A DNA stretch of 63,093 bases, filler included, from Stramenopiles sp. TOSAG23-2 (Eukaryota): the NCBI GenBank assembly GCA_900128395.1. It is 6 parts of 6 records of this genome, joined end to end, with 100 filler letters (N's around TTAATTAATTAA, not from the genome) between each part and the next. Parts side by side here need not be neighbours in the genome. Positions count along the whole stretch, not along the records: positions 28,230 to 56,321 come from LT649408.1; positions 56,422 to 58,015 come from LT652634.1; positions 58,116 to 59,708 come from LT652635.1; 3 more parts are not named here. One strand, written 5' to 3'. The position numbers and the translations under genes are program-made. This document shows, in pieces, positions 49,124 to 59,808 of the stretch (the stretch's first letter is position 1; each line of letters starts with the position of its first letter). The notes under the pieces were generated by a model that saw only the letters and a list, made by a program, of their open reading frames with translations, ran no database searches and was not told where the DNA came from.

Positions 49124-49624
49124 TTACAATCTCCCACCTTCCCATAATTGATGTTTAGAACAAGTAGGATCAATGGAACGTGGTATAAACAAGACATCCG
49201 TAGTAAATGTTCTTGGCAATACAATATCACAATAACCAATTGATAATCTCCCACCTTCCCATAATTGATGTTTAGAACAAGTAGGATCAATGGAACGTGG
49301 TATAAACAAGACATCCGTAGTAAATGTTCTTGGCAATACAATATCACAATAACCAATTGATACTAATTCACGATATGTCTTCGTATTTGCTTCTGCTTGT
49401 GGATGCCTTTCGATACCCCAACCAACTTCGACAATGAAAATTGGTAATATTTTCTTTTCTAATGAAATTTGACGCAACCAAGGTAATGCACCTCGAATTA
49501 CCATCCCTTCAAACCCTTCTACATCTATTTTAATCACTGATACATCATTTGAAAATTTCTGGTTTAATGAATGAAATACTGATGATAAAGAACAGCACAA
49601 GTAATGTTTTCTGTAGTATGTCAA
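49124..49624 (-). pseudogene. FkbM-family methyltransferase, C-terminal fragment
   Basis: IKIDVEGFEGMVIRGA...P.FIVE. No N-terminal DxGAN motif seen. The last 39 aa are duplicated in frame. Confidence 0.6.
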
Positions 49625-50154
49625 AATATTGCATCTAATTATTCTGATGCATACTATTCATATGCAATAACATCAAACTATGTAGATATTGAAGCGGTAA
49701 CTTTAGGAAATGTTACAACAATAACAAAAATTATGAAGGACACATGCAGAAAGTTTATTGATATGCAAACTACAAATTCTACCTAAATTAAATTATATTT
49801 TTTTTAACAAAGATGTGTTTGAGGCCTGTGGTACATATAAGATTTGAGGCATTTGGCACATGTGATATACAAACTTCCCTTTAATAATATACGAATAATT
49901 TGTACTTAAATATTAGATAGTAAAATGACCCTTTCTTAGCATACTAATATTTATACTTATTGAAAACATATAATACTATGTTAGTAGGGGACATATTGGG
50001 ATATATTATTGAAAAGTTAAGAATGCATCTCTTGGCACGCACACATTTTTTTACACAATGTTCAACTTTCCAGACATAACGACACATGCATGCCCAGAAA
50101 TATACACTTTTATTGAAAAGTTAAGAATGCATCTCTTGGCACGCACACATTTTT

Positions 50155-51105
50155 TTACACAATGTTCAACTTTCCAGACATAACGACACATGCATGCCCA
50201 GAAATATACACTTTATTATCGTTATCATTTAATGTCAATGATAAATCACCTCCACGTTTCGAACATTGTCTAGCTACGAAATTTTTTTGGCCATTGAATT
50301 TTGTGCTCCAATATGGTGTTAAAACAGTATGCGCACTTCCTGTTACAGGATCTTCTGGTATTCCAACCCATGGTGCAAAATAACGAGATAGAAAATCATA
50401 TTTTATGGATGTATTATCATCATCATCTTGTTGATTATTTGTCTCATCTATTTTAAATGTTATTATAACACCTTTTACATTATTTCCTGAAGCAATTTCA
50501 TTAGTTTGATCAATCTGGGTTAAGCCATCAATATTTGGTTTCAATGCTTCCAATTTTGTTCTATTAAAATTGTTTAAACATATTAATAATTTTTTCGTAG
50601 TAATTGAATATGCTAATTCTTGAAAATCGTCCAAATTAAAGTTCATACATTGAAATATTTGTTTATGGATAGCACTAGGATTCGAAACTATTACTGGTGG
50701 ATTATTTGGTAGTGTCATTTTAATTTTACCAGTGTTTAAATTTTTTTCAGCTATTAAAATACCAGATAATGTATGAAATAATATTGAATTTCCTACTTTA
50801 TCGCCATATTCTTGAAAAATGATAGCAGCTGCTGAAAGGGTACCATGCCCGCATAAATTAACCTCAACAGTCGGAGTCATCCATCTTAACTCCCATACAT
50901 TTGTTAACGTACGTTCATGGAAAGTTATAAAAGATGTTTCTGAAATATTCATTTCCGTAGCAATATTTTGCATTTGTTTATCTGATAAACTCCATTTCCT
51001 ATTATTATTACTATCATCATCTGCTCGTGGTACTATGCATACACCGGCTGGATTGCCACTAAATGGCGTTTCCGTGAATGCATCTACTGTGAATATTGAT
51101 ACCAT
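50155..51105 (-). CDS. PhzF/PBLD-family epimerase
   Basis: VDAFTETPFSGNPAGV, EMNISETSF, EVNLCGHGT, RYFAPWVGIPEDPVTGSAH. Confidence 0.95.
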   Translation of the reverse strand: MVSIFTVDAFTETPFSGNPAGVCIVPRADDDSNNNRKWSLSDKQMQNIATEMNISETSFITFHERTLTNVWELRWMTPTVEVNLCGHGTLSAAAIIFQEYGDKVGNSILFHTLSGILIAEKNLNTGKIKMTLPNNPPVIVSNPSAIHKQIFQCMNFNLDDFQELAYSITTKKLLICLNNFNRTKLEALKPNIDGLTQIDQTNEIASGNNVKGVIITFKIDETNNQQDDDDNTSIKYDFLSRYFAPWVGIPEDPVTGSAHTVLTPYWSTKFNGQKNFVARQCSKRGGDLSLTLNDNDNKVYISGHACVVMSGKLNIV

Positions 51106-51443
51106 CTTCAATCAAATATATATACGTATACTATTTACCTTTTTTTTTATATATACATATATATCATCATCCATACAACAACCTACATTGTATCTATCTA
51201 TTTCATAAATTCAATAATAAATTAAAAACAACAAAAAAACATATCTTTTCTTATTTTTATTTATTATGTTTTTGTTGTGTATACGTTGCTCAAAATATGG
51301 AGAAAAAGAGAGTAAAAAAAGGTGCTATTCCCGTGTTAATATACTCTATGAAAAGGATAATAAAATCGTATAGTAATACTCATACTAATACGAGGATTTC
51401 TTGAGTTCGAACTCGTCGAATCGTCGAACTCGAATGTACTCTA

Positions 51444-52996
51444 TGAAAAGGATAATAAAATCGTATAGTAATACTCATACTAATACGAGGATTTCTTGAG
51501 TTCGAACTCGTCGAATCGTCGAACTCGAATGAGAATTTTGAAGATGAGAATTTTGACATAATAATGGCAAATTTATCCTAACCGACGATTTTGGTACATG
51601 GCAATATTTTGATAAATTTGGCTAGTTCCCTTAATTATACTGTAATGCTATGTACCTATAGATATATATAATATAGACACAGCACTAATGCCATTGAACC
51701 AACTATTAATCTATTCCAAAATGAGAAACTCAATCTAAGAAGTTTCTAGCTTAAGTTTGAACGCTCCTCACACGATTCATCTTTTTAGGAAATTTAGTAG
51801 AACTGGTACTGGTAATGTAGGATCGGCTATTAAAGGTATGCTGATTTTATCCATAATACTTTTGGCTGGAATAGGAAATTGCTTTTGCAAAAGATCTGGC
51901 ACACCTTCTGTACTTGAGCTATTATTATTGCTACTATTGCAACTACATTGATCATTATGTTCAACATGATTTGTCAGCACATATCCAGGTATATCTTTTA
52001 CTTTGAATATTGTATATCCTGTCTTAGCTTCACATGTTTTATAATTTTCACACCGATATAACGTTCTTTTGTTGAGAACTAATCCATGCATGTAAGCCAT
52101 ATCATGTTTTAGCATTATCAAATCAATATAGACACTTTCAACTGGTAGTTTATATTGCAATCTTATATCATCGGCCTTTGCTTTAGCATTTTCAAATACC
52201 TTTCGTTGATATTTACGCCTCCGAACTACGTTTCGTTTTGCATCCATATTTTTTGATGGGCTGGTTTGACTGTATACATCTTCAACATTAGAATCATTAA
52301 TTTCACTATTGTGTTGATATTTACGCCTCCGAACTACGTTTCGTTTTGCATCCATATTTTTTGATGGGCTGGTTTGACTGTATACATCTTCAACATTAGA
52401 ATCATTAATTTCACTATTGTCATTGAAATTGACCCCCTCATAATTATCATCGCCATTGTCATCATTGTTGGCATTATCAACATTGTTATTATTGTATGCT
52501 GATACATCAATAATATTTTCATACACACCAATATTGTAATCACGTTCTATTGTCTTTAGGATTTCAGCTGAAATCTCCACTTCAGGTATATTTGTTGTTT
52601 TTCTTTTAGACATTTTGTATTGCAAATATAGAAATTTATATGCATTGTATATGCAATATATAACATGTGCAATAGAGTATGATATGATATGAAATAAAAT
52701 ACTTGTACATATATATATTTATTAAAAATACATTTATTCATTAGATATTATTACAAGTCTTGAATGACAACATTTAGTTGATAATATCTAAAAATAACTA
52801 ATTTTTTAAGGACTTTATCAAATTTTACATCAAATATGCCATGTACCAAAATCGTCGGTTAGGATAAATTTGCCATTATTATGTCAAAATTCTCATCTTC
52901 AAAATTCTCATTCGAGTTCGACGATTCGACGAGTTCGAACTCAAGAAATCCTCGTATTAGTATGAGTATTACTATACGATTTTATTATCCTTTTCA
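51444..52996. mobile_element. Non-autonomous or deleted Mutator-like (MULE) DNA transposon with 160-bp TIRs
   Basis: 51444..51603 and 52837..52996 are reverse complements and bracket a zinc-finger ORF. The outer ends are obscured by local duplications and no TSD is visible. Confidence 0.7.
51777..52625 (-). CDS. WRKY/FAR1-like zinc-finger protein (truncated MULE-transposase-like N-terminus)
   Basis: LYRCENYKTCEAK...HVEHNDQC resembles the WRKY/GCM1-type finger of MULE transposases. No DDE domain seen; contains a 36-aa in-frame duplication. Confidence 0.55.
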   Translation of the reverse strand: MQYKMSKRKTTNIPEVEISAEILKTIERDYNIGVYENIIDVSAYNNNNVDNANNDDNGDDNYEGVNFNDNSEINDSNVEDVYSQTSPSKNMDAKRNVVRRRKYQHNSEINDSNVEDVYSQTSPSKNMDAKRNVVRRRKYQRKVFENAKAKADDIRLQYKLPVESVYIDLIMLKHDMAYMHGLVLNKRTLYRCENYKTCEAKTGYTIFKVKDIPGYVLTNHVEHNDQCSCNSSNNNSSSTEGVPDLLQKQFPIPAKSIMDKISIPLIADPTLPVPVLLNFLKR

Positions 52997-53245
52997 AATT
53001 TTACATCAAATATGCCATGTACCAAAATCGTCGGTTAGGATAAATTTGCCATCGCGGCACACTTTTACAAAAAGATATGTATCTTTTTTGTGTATTAAGA
53101 GATAGATATCTCGCTATATTCATTTGCTACGACGGATTGTGAAAAGATCAAAACAACTACGTGAATAGAAAGATCGTTGTGGTAGATATTTAGAAATAAA
53201 TAGTGAAAACACTATATATACATATATAACAAAGTGAAATATACC

Positions 53246-54508
53246 ATGTCTGTATTAAAAATAATATTATTATTGATAGTATCAACATCATGTTTTATAA
53301 CAGTTTTGTCAAGGGGTAGGCATGTAAAAATTGAACACGTATCAAAGGATAAACGTCAATTGCATGTTAAGTTATTTTACACAGCAGCTGCTGGTCAACA
53401 ATATGCTGTAAGAAATGCAAATACAGCAACTGGAGATGGAACTTTCTCGGTTGCTAATGGTGGCTGCGGTGGAGCTAATACATTTGGATCCAATGGTGTC
53501 ACAGAAGTGGCAGATGGAGCAAAGGTAACTTTACGAATTGCTTATAATGGTGGACACGCGTCTCAAGCCAATCAATTTAAAATGTATTATGGTTGTGGTG
53601 CGCAAAACACTGGACCAACGGTCGAAGTACCAGCTGCAAATTGCGATCAGCCATATCCTGCCACTGCACCGCAAGGTTCTGGTAGTGGGCCTCAAACAAT
53701 CTCATGCACATTACCTCCTGCACCAGCTGGTCAAACGGATTGTGCTGTATCTTTACAAGACCAACGTAACTGGGGTGGTTGTGCAGATTTGAAAATAACT
53801 CCGAATGCGGCGCCTGGAAATCCACCTCCTGGTGGGGCTGATAATACACCACCACCATCTTCTGGTGCGGACGGTGACGTCATCAAACCATCTGGTAATC
53901 AAGAGGACTGTTGTAGTTTATCAAAAGCAAATATTAAAGTGAAAAAAATATCTGATGATAAATTTGAATTTAGCGGTACCGCTAGTGGAACATGTACCGC
54001 TCAAAGTTTTGACACGATAACTTTAGCACAAGTTACAGCAACTATGGTTTTAGATAAGGGTGGTACAACATATCGTACGCAAAAAGATAATACTGGTAAA
54101 AATATTATTATTACATATAGTGGTGGAGAAGAGCCATTTGAAATATCGTTAAATGAAAATGTATTGCAATTTACCAACATGGGATTGACTACACCAAAAA
54201 TATGCGATGGAAAAATAGTTCTTGAAAAAGGTAATGATGCGGATATTGTTTTAATTGTTGTAATAATAATTGTTGTACTCGTTATTTGTTGTGCTGCATA
54301 TATTTTTATCGTTATGCGAAGAACAAGGGAATATAAAGATGAAGGGAATCCAACATCAAATCCAGCCGTTGCGACAAAGGCTGCTGGTGGTGGTGGTGGT
54401 GGTGCATTACCAAGTGGTTGGGATGCAGTTGTTGATAAGGAGTCTGGTGATACATATTATCATAACAAAAAGACAGGAGAAACAACTTGGGATAAACCAA
54501 CAGCATAA
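53246..54508 (+). CDS. Type I membrane protein: Cys-rich LPMO-like ectodomain, TM helix, cytosolic WW domain
   Basis: Signal peptide MSVLKIILLLIVS, TM helix IVLIVVIIIVVLVICCAAYIFIVM-RR, and WW domain LPSGWDAVVDKESGDTYYHNKKTGETTWDKP. The ectodomain has GCGG, GGH and C...WGGCADL. Confidence 0.8.
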   Translation: MSVLKIILLLIVSTSCFITVLSRGRHVKIEHVSKDKRQLHVKLFYTAAAGQQYAVRNANTATGDGTFSVANGGCGGANTFGSNGVTEVADGAKVTLRIAYNGGHASQANQFKMYYGCGAQNTGPTVEVPAANCDQPYPATAPQGSGSGPQTISCTLPPAPAGQTDCAVSLQDQRNWGGCADLKITPNAAPGNPPPGGADNTPPPSSGADGDVIKPSGNQEDCCSLSKANIKVKKISDDKFEFSGTASGTCTAQSFDTITLAQVTATMVLDKGGTTYRTQKDNTGKNIIITYSGGEEPFEISLNENVLQFTNMGLTTPKICDGKIVLEKGNDADIVLIVVIIIVVLVICCAAYIFIVMRRTREYKDEGNPTSNPAVATKAAGGGGGGALPSGWDAVVDKESGDTYYHNKKTGETTWDKPTA

Positions 54509-54666
54509 AAAAAGAAAAAGAGTGTTTGTGTGTGTAATTATTCCAATATTAAATATTTTTATTAAAATTTAAATGTTTTTGCGGAGAGAGAATTTTAAAA
54601 AAGCCTTTTTTTTAATATTTTACCACACACTAACTCTACCACGGAAAACTTGAAAACATATTTTTT

Positions 54667-55869
54667 TTACCAACCAGATAATGCACCACTATTCACATCA
54701 TGCGCTAAGCCTCCATCAATATTTGGAAAGACATTCTTACCATTATTCGTTGATCTTCTCTTGCTTTCATAACTTCTACCACGAGATTTCTTACCAAACC
54801 CTCTAATAGTAAATTCAGAATGATCTGCTGTATTTTTCTTTTGTAAATGATGATTATCGTCACGAAAATTTTTTTCAACAATTTTAACTACTGTGGGATG
54901 GTTATTATCATTAGTAGTAATAATACCAACATTATTATTATTACTACTATCATTACTACTAGTAATATTAGCGGCAAGTTGGCTGTTGGTAATTCCTCGT
55001 ATTAGACTGGAAGATGATGTATTAAATGAATTTTTCTTCAAACTATATTTTTCATATTGCTGTTGTGGACTTGGACGAGTATTTGATATATTCGACGATA
55101 ATTGAGAATTCTTCTTATTATTATATAGTCTTGATGAAGATAGATTATTCAAGAATTCATATTGCCTAAAAGCTTTCTTTCTATTTTCAGCTAACTTGCT
55201 AGAAATCACATCGTTGTTCTCCAAAACCGTATCATGAACTGGGGCAGTATTTGGTCTTGCCTGTTGTAAAGCATGTAAAGCGTTGTTATCAAATCTAACA
55301 TTATTTTGATTGCCGTTATTATTATTATTATTCATATTTCCACTACTACTATTATTAGTATTTATAGGTGATCCAGGGAGTGTTCCAGACAATGATGATT
55401 GGCGAGATTTAGTTGCAGTAGATGGTCTTTGTTGTCGAATGCCTGGTGTAAAACTACCTAGACGGCGTTGTTGGTTTTGTTGCATTTTCGATCGGGAATG
55501 ATGATTATCATATGCAGATGAATTTTCAAAATCTCGTGCAGCTGGTTTTGCCTTTGCAATACTCAAACCTAAATGAGTAGCATCTACACTAACTTTCTTC
55601 GATTTGGAATTATATTCATTTATACGAAAATCTATTGTTGCATTTAAATATGAGACATATTCTAACATTGCTGATATTTGTGGTTTCATTTTGTGACTCC
55701 TCCATGCATCCCACTTTCTTCTTTCGCGATAATCGTTTTTAAATGGTGTTCCAAAACGTGAAGCAGGGCCTTCCGTTGATTGCATCCATAACCCATAAAA
55801 TTCTAATGCTTCTTCAGATGTAAATAATGTACGATGCTGATGGACATAATTGGAAGCTACATCCAGTGA
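54667..55869 (-). CDS. Acyl-CoA-binding (ACBP) domain protein with a long disordered tail; 5' exon unresolved
   Basis: The frame stays open upstream of 55785, giving ALEFYGLWMQSTEGPA...RRKWDAW...AMLEYV, the ACBP signature. Confidence 0.75.
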   Translation of the reverse strand, partial: SLDVASNYVHQHRTLFTSEEALEFYGLWMQSTEGPASRFGTPFKNDYRERRKWDAWRSHKMKPQISAMLEYVSYLNATIDFRINEYNSKSKKVSVDATHLGLSIAKAKPAARDFENSSAYDNHHSRSKMQQNQQRRLGSFTPGIRQQRPSTATKSRQSSLSGTLPGSPINTNNSSSGNMNNNNNNGNQNNVRFDNNALHALQQARPNTAPVHDTVLENNDVISSKLAENRKKAFRQYEFLNNLSSSRLYNNKKNSQLSSNISNTRPSPQQQYEKYSLKKNSFNTSSSSLIRGITNSQLAANITSSNDSSNNNNVGIITTNDNNHPTVVKIVEKNFRDDNHHLQKKNTADHSEFTIRGFGKKSRGRSYESKRRSTNNGKNVFPNIDGGLAHDVNSGALSGW

Positions 55870-56321
55870 TAAAACATATTAATGACAATGTATCGTTTAC
55901 AAATGATCATCTCCCTGTGTATGTAAATAAACAAAAAGAAATCAATTGGGATCAAAAACGTTTATTTCCTTCCTCCGGTGATTTATTTTCGTCTCTTGGT
56001 TTATCAGAGAAAAACAAAAAACAATCATCTTTGTTTGCTGAAAGTGGTGAGCTGGCAAAATCGTTGCGAATCGGTAAAATAAAATAGCCCTTTTTTACGT
56101 ATGAAATATGAAATATGAAATATATTTATCCTCTCTCAAGTACAAAAAATACCTAATCTGGCCTATCAAATATATCAAAGACTACAAATCTACTTAGTAT
56201 ATGAAAAGGACGATATTAAGTACAAATATGATAGGAAATGAAAAACAGAAAACATGGCAGAAAAACATAATTTTCACACGTAAAATGTTGAAAGGCCTGT
56301 GTCCATGCTAATTTCTAAATG

Positions 56322-56421
56322 NNNNNNNNNNNNNNNNNNNNNNNNNNNNNNNNNNNNNNNNNNNNTTAATTAATTAANNNNNNNNNNNNNNNNNNNNNNN
56401 NNNNNNNNNNNNNNNNNNNNN
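56322..56421. other. Artificial scaffold linker
   Basis: 44 N + TTAATTAATTAA + 44 N. Confidence 0.98.
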
Positions 56422-58015
56422 GAACAAGAACAAATGGCTGCGGAGGAACGTGAAACTAGGCGTTTATTGCAAGAGAAACAGAAAATACTTGATGCCAAAA
56501 TAAAAGCAGAAAAATTACGTTTGAAAAAAATTGCAGATGAAGAAAGAAGGGTAGAAATGGAACGAAAAAGGCAAGAACAAGAGCGTATAAATGCAGAAAA
56601 GAAAGCATTACGAATAAAAAAGATGGAAGAGGAAATACAAGCGCGAAAAATTAAACAGCAGCAATTACGAGAGGCAGCCTTGCGAAAAGCAGCTGTTCGT
56701 CGTCAACAGCAGAAGCAACAACAGCAAGCACAATCATCGTTTCATCCCATGTCGCCATTAAATGTTTCTTTAAATACTCAATATAATGCAAATGGCAGCA
56801 ACGGAAGCAGCAATAGGAATAACAATAACAATCGTAATAATGGCAATAATAATACAATGCGTCTACGCGGGGAAAATACTTTGCATGCATTGATCATGCA
56901 ACAACAACGTCAGCGACAACAAGGTTTGCGTGTTGGTCCTATCAGCCCTATATATACCGGTAACCTTGATAAAACGTTTATGAAACGGAGAGGGCCTGGT
57001 AGACCAAGTCAATTTCATGGTAATCAATATACTACTGGACGTAGAGGCAGGCCACAGAGGCAACCGGCCCCAGAACCAGAAATTATTGAAGAAATAGAAT
57101 CAGATGAAGATTTAGATTTGCCGGAAGGTGTTCCGCAAGTCGTAGCCACCGTATATCGTAAATTAGATAAGAATGGAAAACCAATTGAAGGTGAGCCGGA
57201 ATTTCGTACTGCACTTTCATATCCAAATGGTGAAATTTACGAAGGTCAATTTTTAAATGGCATGCGCCATGGACTTGGTACTTGTATTTATGTAAATGGT
57301 GATATGTACGAAGGGGAATGGTCCGAAGGGCTGTGTCATGGTGAAGGCTTGATATCAAATGATAAAGGGAAATTGGTTTGCCAAGGTGAATTTTTAGAGG
57401 GTCGCTTGAATGGCAATGCCGTTTTTAAGCACGAAGATGGTTCACAATATACCGGTGAATGGAAAGAATCACGTCGTCATGGCCGTGGTAAATATGTTGA
57501 TAAAGATGGAAACAAATATGAAGGCGAGTGGAAAGACAATGTTCGTCAAGGTCATGGTATTCATGTCGGTATTAACGGTTCATATTTTGACGGTGAATGG
57601 GCACGCGACGTGCGCAATGGATTTGGATATTTAAAATTAGCAAATGGTACGGAATACGAAGGTACGTGGAAATCGAATAGAATGGAAGGTCGTGGTGTGA
57701 TTAAATATCCGGATGGTGGACGATATGAAGGTAATGTTCGTCTTGGTAAAAAAGACGGGCGTGGAAAATACGTTTTTCCGTCAGGGGCAGAATATGAAGG
57801 ACGTTTCCGTGATGATAAAATAGACGGGATGGGTACTTTACGTATGGATGGTGGTGTTAGCAGCGTGAAAAAGAAGAAAAACGATGATGAAGAAGATTAC
57901 AAAGAGGAAGAAAAAAAGCAAAAAGAAGAAAAAGATTGCGGTAATAGTAGTAGCGGTGATAGTGATGATGATGATAAAGGTTCTAAAGAAATTTTAAGTA
58001 AAGAAGATATTGAAC
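56422..58015 (+). CDS. MORN-repeat protein with N-terminal coiled coil, partial at both ends
   Basis: About nine YEGEW..G.RHG.G-type MORN repeats. Confidence 0.9.
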
Positions 58016-58115
58016 NNNNNNNNNNNNNNNNNNNNNNNNNNNNNNNNNNNNNNNNNNNNTTAATTAATTAANNNNNNNNNNNNNNNNNNNNNNNNNNNNN
58101 NNNNNNNNNNNNNNN
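58016..58115. other. Artificial scaffold linker
   Basis: 44 N + TTAATTAATTAA + 44 N. Confidence 0.98.
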
Positions 58116-58760
58116 CGTAAATCCGGAGCAGAAGCTCTACGTCTCATTCTAGGAAACTTGTTGGAGCTACGAGCTGTGGGGGATGGAGTTGCTACCGATG
58201 TTATTTCTAATATTTTTGCATTATTGCTAGAATGGTCGAAGCTTGGTCTTCTATTTAACTTGTTCGGAATGTTTAATTTTGAGGTTGAAGAGCGTATGCA
58301 TACCATACTGGAACGACGTCCTATTCTTTTTGGCATTGTGAGATACGGGTATATGATATAGCAAGATAAGTGTTATAATATAAATGAAGAAGAAACTGGT
58401 TGAAAGAATAAGATCTGGATTATTGTTGTGTTGTATGGTTTGGAGAATGAACAAGATGTAAAACACTGAAGAAAACAGCTAAATTATAATAAAAAGTCTG
58501 TTGTCGTGTCTATAGGTACAAGGTATTACCGCAGTCCAGGCAGTATAATAAGTAAGAAGAGTTATAGAGTTGTTGTAGTTTGTTTTCTTTTATTGTGTTG
58601 GAGTTAATGGATAGCATTGACACAGCATTATTATATTGATGATAGGATAAGATCTGTAAAACATTATATACTTGTAGTACGGTGTAGTATAAAATAAAAA
58701 CCGATTTTTTTTGGAGAAACCCAAACACAAAAGCGCAAAACACAACAACCCCAACTAAAA

Positions 58761-59708
58761 TCAACCACTCCTACCTGGACATCCGCCCGCAATGCCCAAT
58801 GCTGTACAAAATAAATCTTGATTTTTCAATACGACCCATCCCATTAAATTTGCCAATAAATTACTTTGCGCATCGTTTAATTGTAAATCAAATGTTGGAT
58901 AATGAGGAAAGGTAGGATATTTTGATTTTGTCGAAGGCAAATTTGTTGGATCTTGTGGTCCACCTGGCACAACATCGCTTTTTAACCATGATGGAAGTTG
59001 CGCCTCCCAATTATATACGCGTGATGTCATGTACCATGTCACATTTACAGAACGTCCACCTTGGATACCCCAATATTTATTTTCCACTACATTCAATTCC
59101 ATTAATACTACGCCACCATTACCATTTGCAATTGCTTTTTGCATTGCAACACAGAAAGGAACGAATTGTGATGAGTCAAATACTTGATTCCTACTATAAT
59201 CCCACGAAGCATCTGGTTTATCTACTTTGATACCAAAATAATTTGGTATTGTATCATCCATTTCATTCGTGGTTGGAGCACGTTTTGTTGGATCCCATTT
59301 ATTTATACCACTCATGGGCACGTCCGTATTTGTCACTAAAATGAAACCTTTTAAATCAGTACGGCGTAGTAAAGATATTAAATGAATATTTTCAGTAATT
59401 CCTGCATCACCCATAGCAAATAGTTGTCCAGACTCGGCAATTCTCTGGTCTGGTGGTGTACTGGTGGAAAAATAATTGGAATCTAAACCAAATAAATCAT
59501 TTGCTATAGGTCCTACAGGTCCTAATTGTGAGCTTATTTCATCTGCTGCAGCCCAACCGCCAGCTGCTGTAGCATGGGAAACAGTAAATACTTCATATGG
59601 CATTGAAACATCCGTTAATATACCATTATTTTCAGTTACATTTAAACGTTGATTACTATTTGATGTGCCAGTAAATGCAAAAGACTCAATCATACCACCA
59701 ACAATAGC
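58761..59708 (-). CDS. C-terminal part of a lysophospholipase/patatin-fold-like protein, 5' truncated
   Basis: MGDAGITENIHLISLLRR resembles the DxG..N...LL.R catalytic Asp motif of cPLA2/PLB-type enzymes; FPHYPTF near the end. Confidence 0.45.
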   Translation of the reverse strand, partial: AIVGGMIESFAFTGTSNSNQRLNVTENNGILTDVSMPYEVFTVSHATAAGGWAAADEISSQLGPVGPIANDLFGLDSNYFSTSTPPDQRIAESGQLFAMGDAGITENIHLISLLRRTDLKGFILVTNTDVPMSGINKWDPTKRAPTTNEMDDTIPNYFGIKVDKPDASWDYSRNQVFDSSQFVPFCVAMQKAIANGNGGVVLMELNVVENKYWGIQGGRSVNVTWYMTSRVYNWEAQLPSWLKSDVVPGGPQDPTNLPSTKSKYPTFPHYPTFDLQLNDAQSNLLANLMGWVVLKNQDLFCTALGIAGGCPGRSG

Positions 59709-59808
59709 NNNNNNNNNNNNNNNNNNNNNNNNNNNNNNNNNNNNNNNNNNNNTTAATTAATTAANNNNNNNNNNNNNNNNNNNNNNNNNNNNNNNNNNNN
59801 NNNNNNNN
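59709..59808. other. Artificial scaffold linker
   Basis: 44 N + TTAATTAATTAA + 44 N. Confidence 0.98.

Noticed and set aside
49124-49360. 39-aa tandem protein repeat in FkbM (likewise the 36-aa repeat in ORF 51777..52625)
   Set aside because: The copies are nucleotide-identical and belong to the window-wide duplication artefact class; they happen to be in frame.
51342-51560. CRISPR-like array suggested by palindromic repeats
   Set aside because: There are only two copies from a tandem duplication, with no unique spacers and no cas genes. The sequence is part of a TIR in a eukaryotic context.
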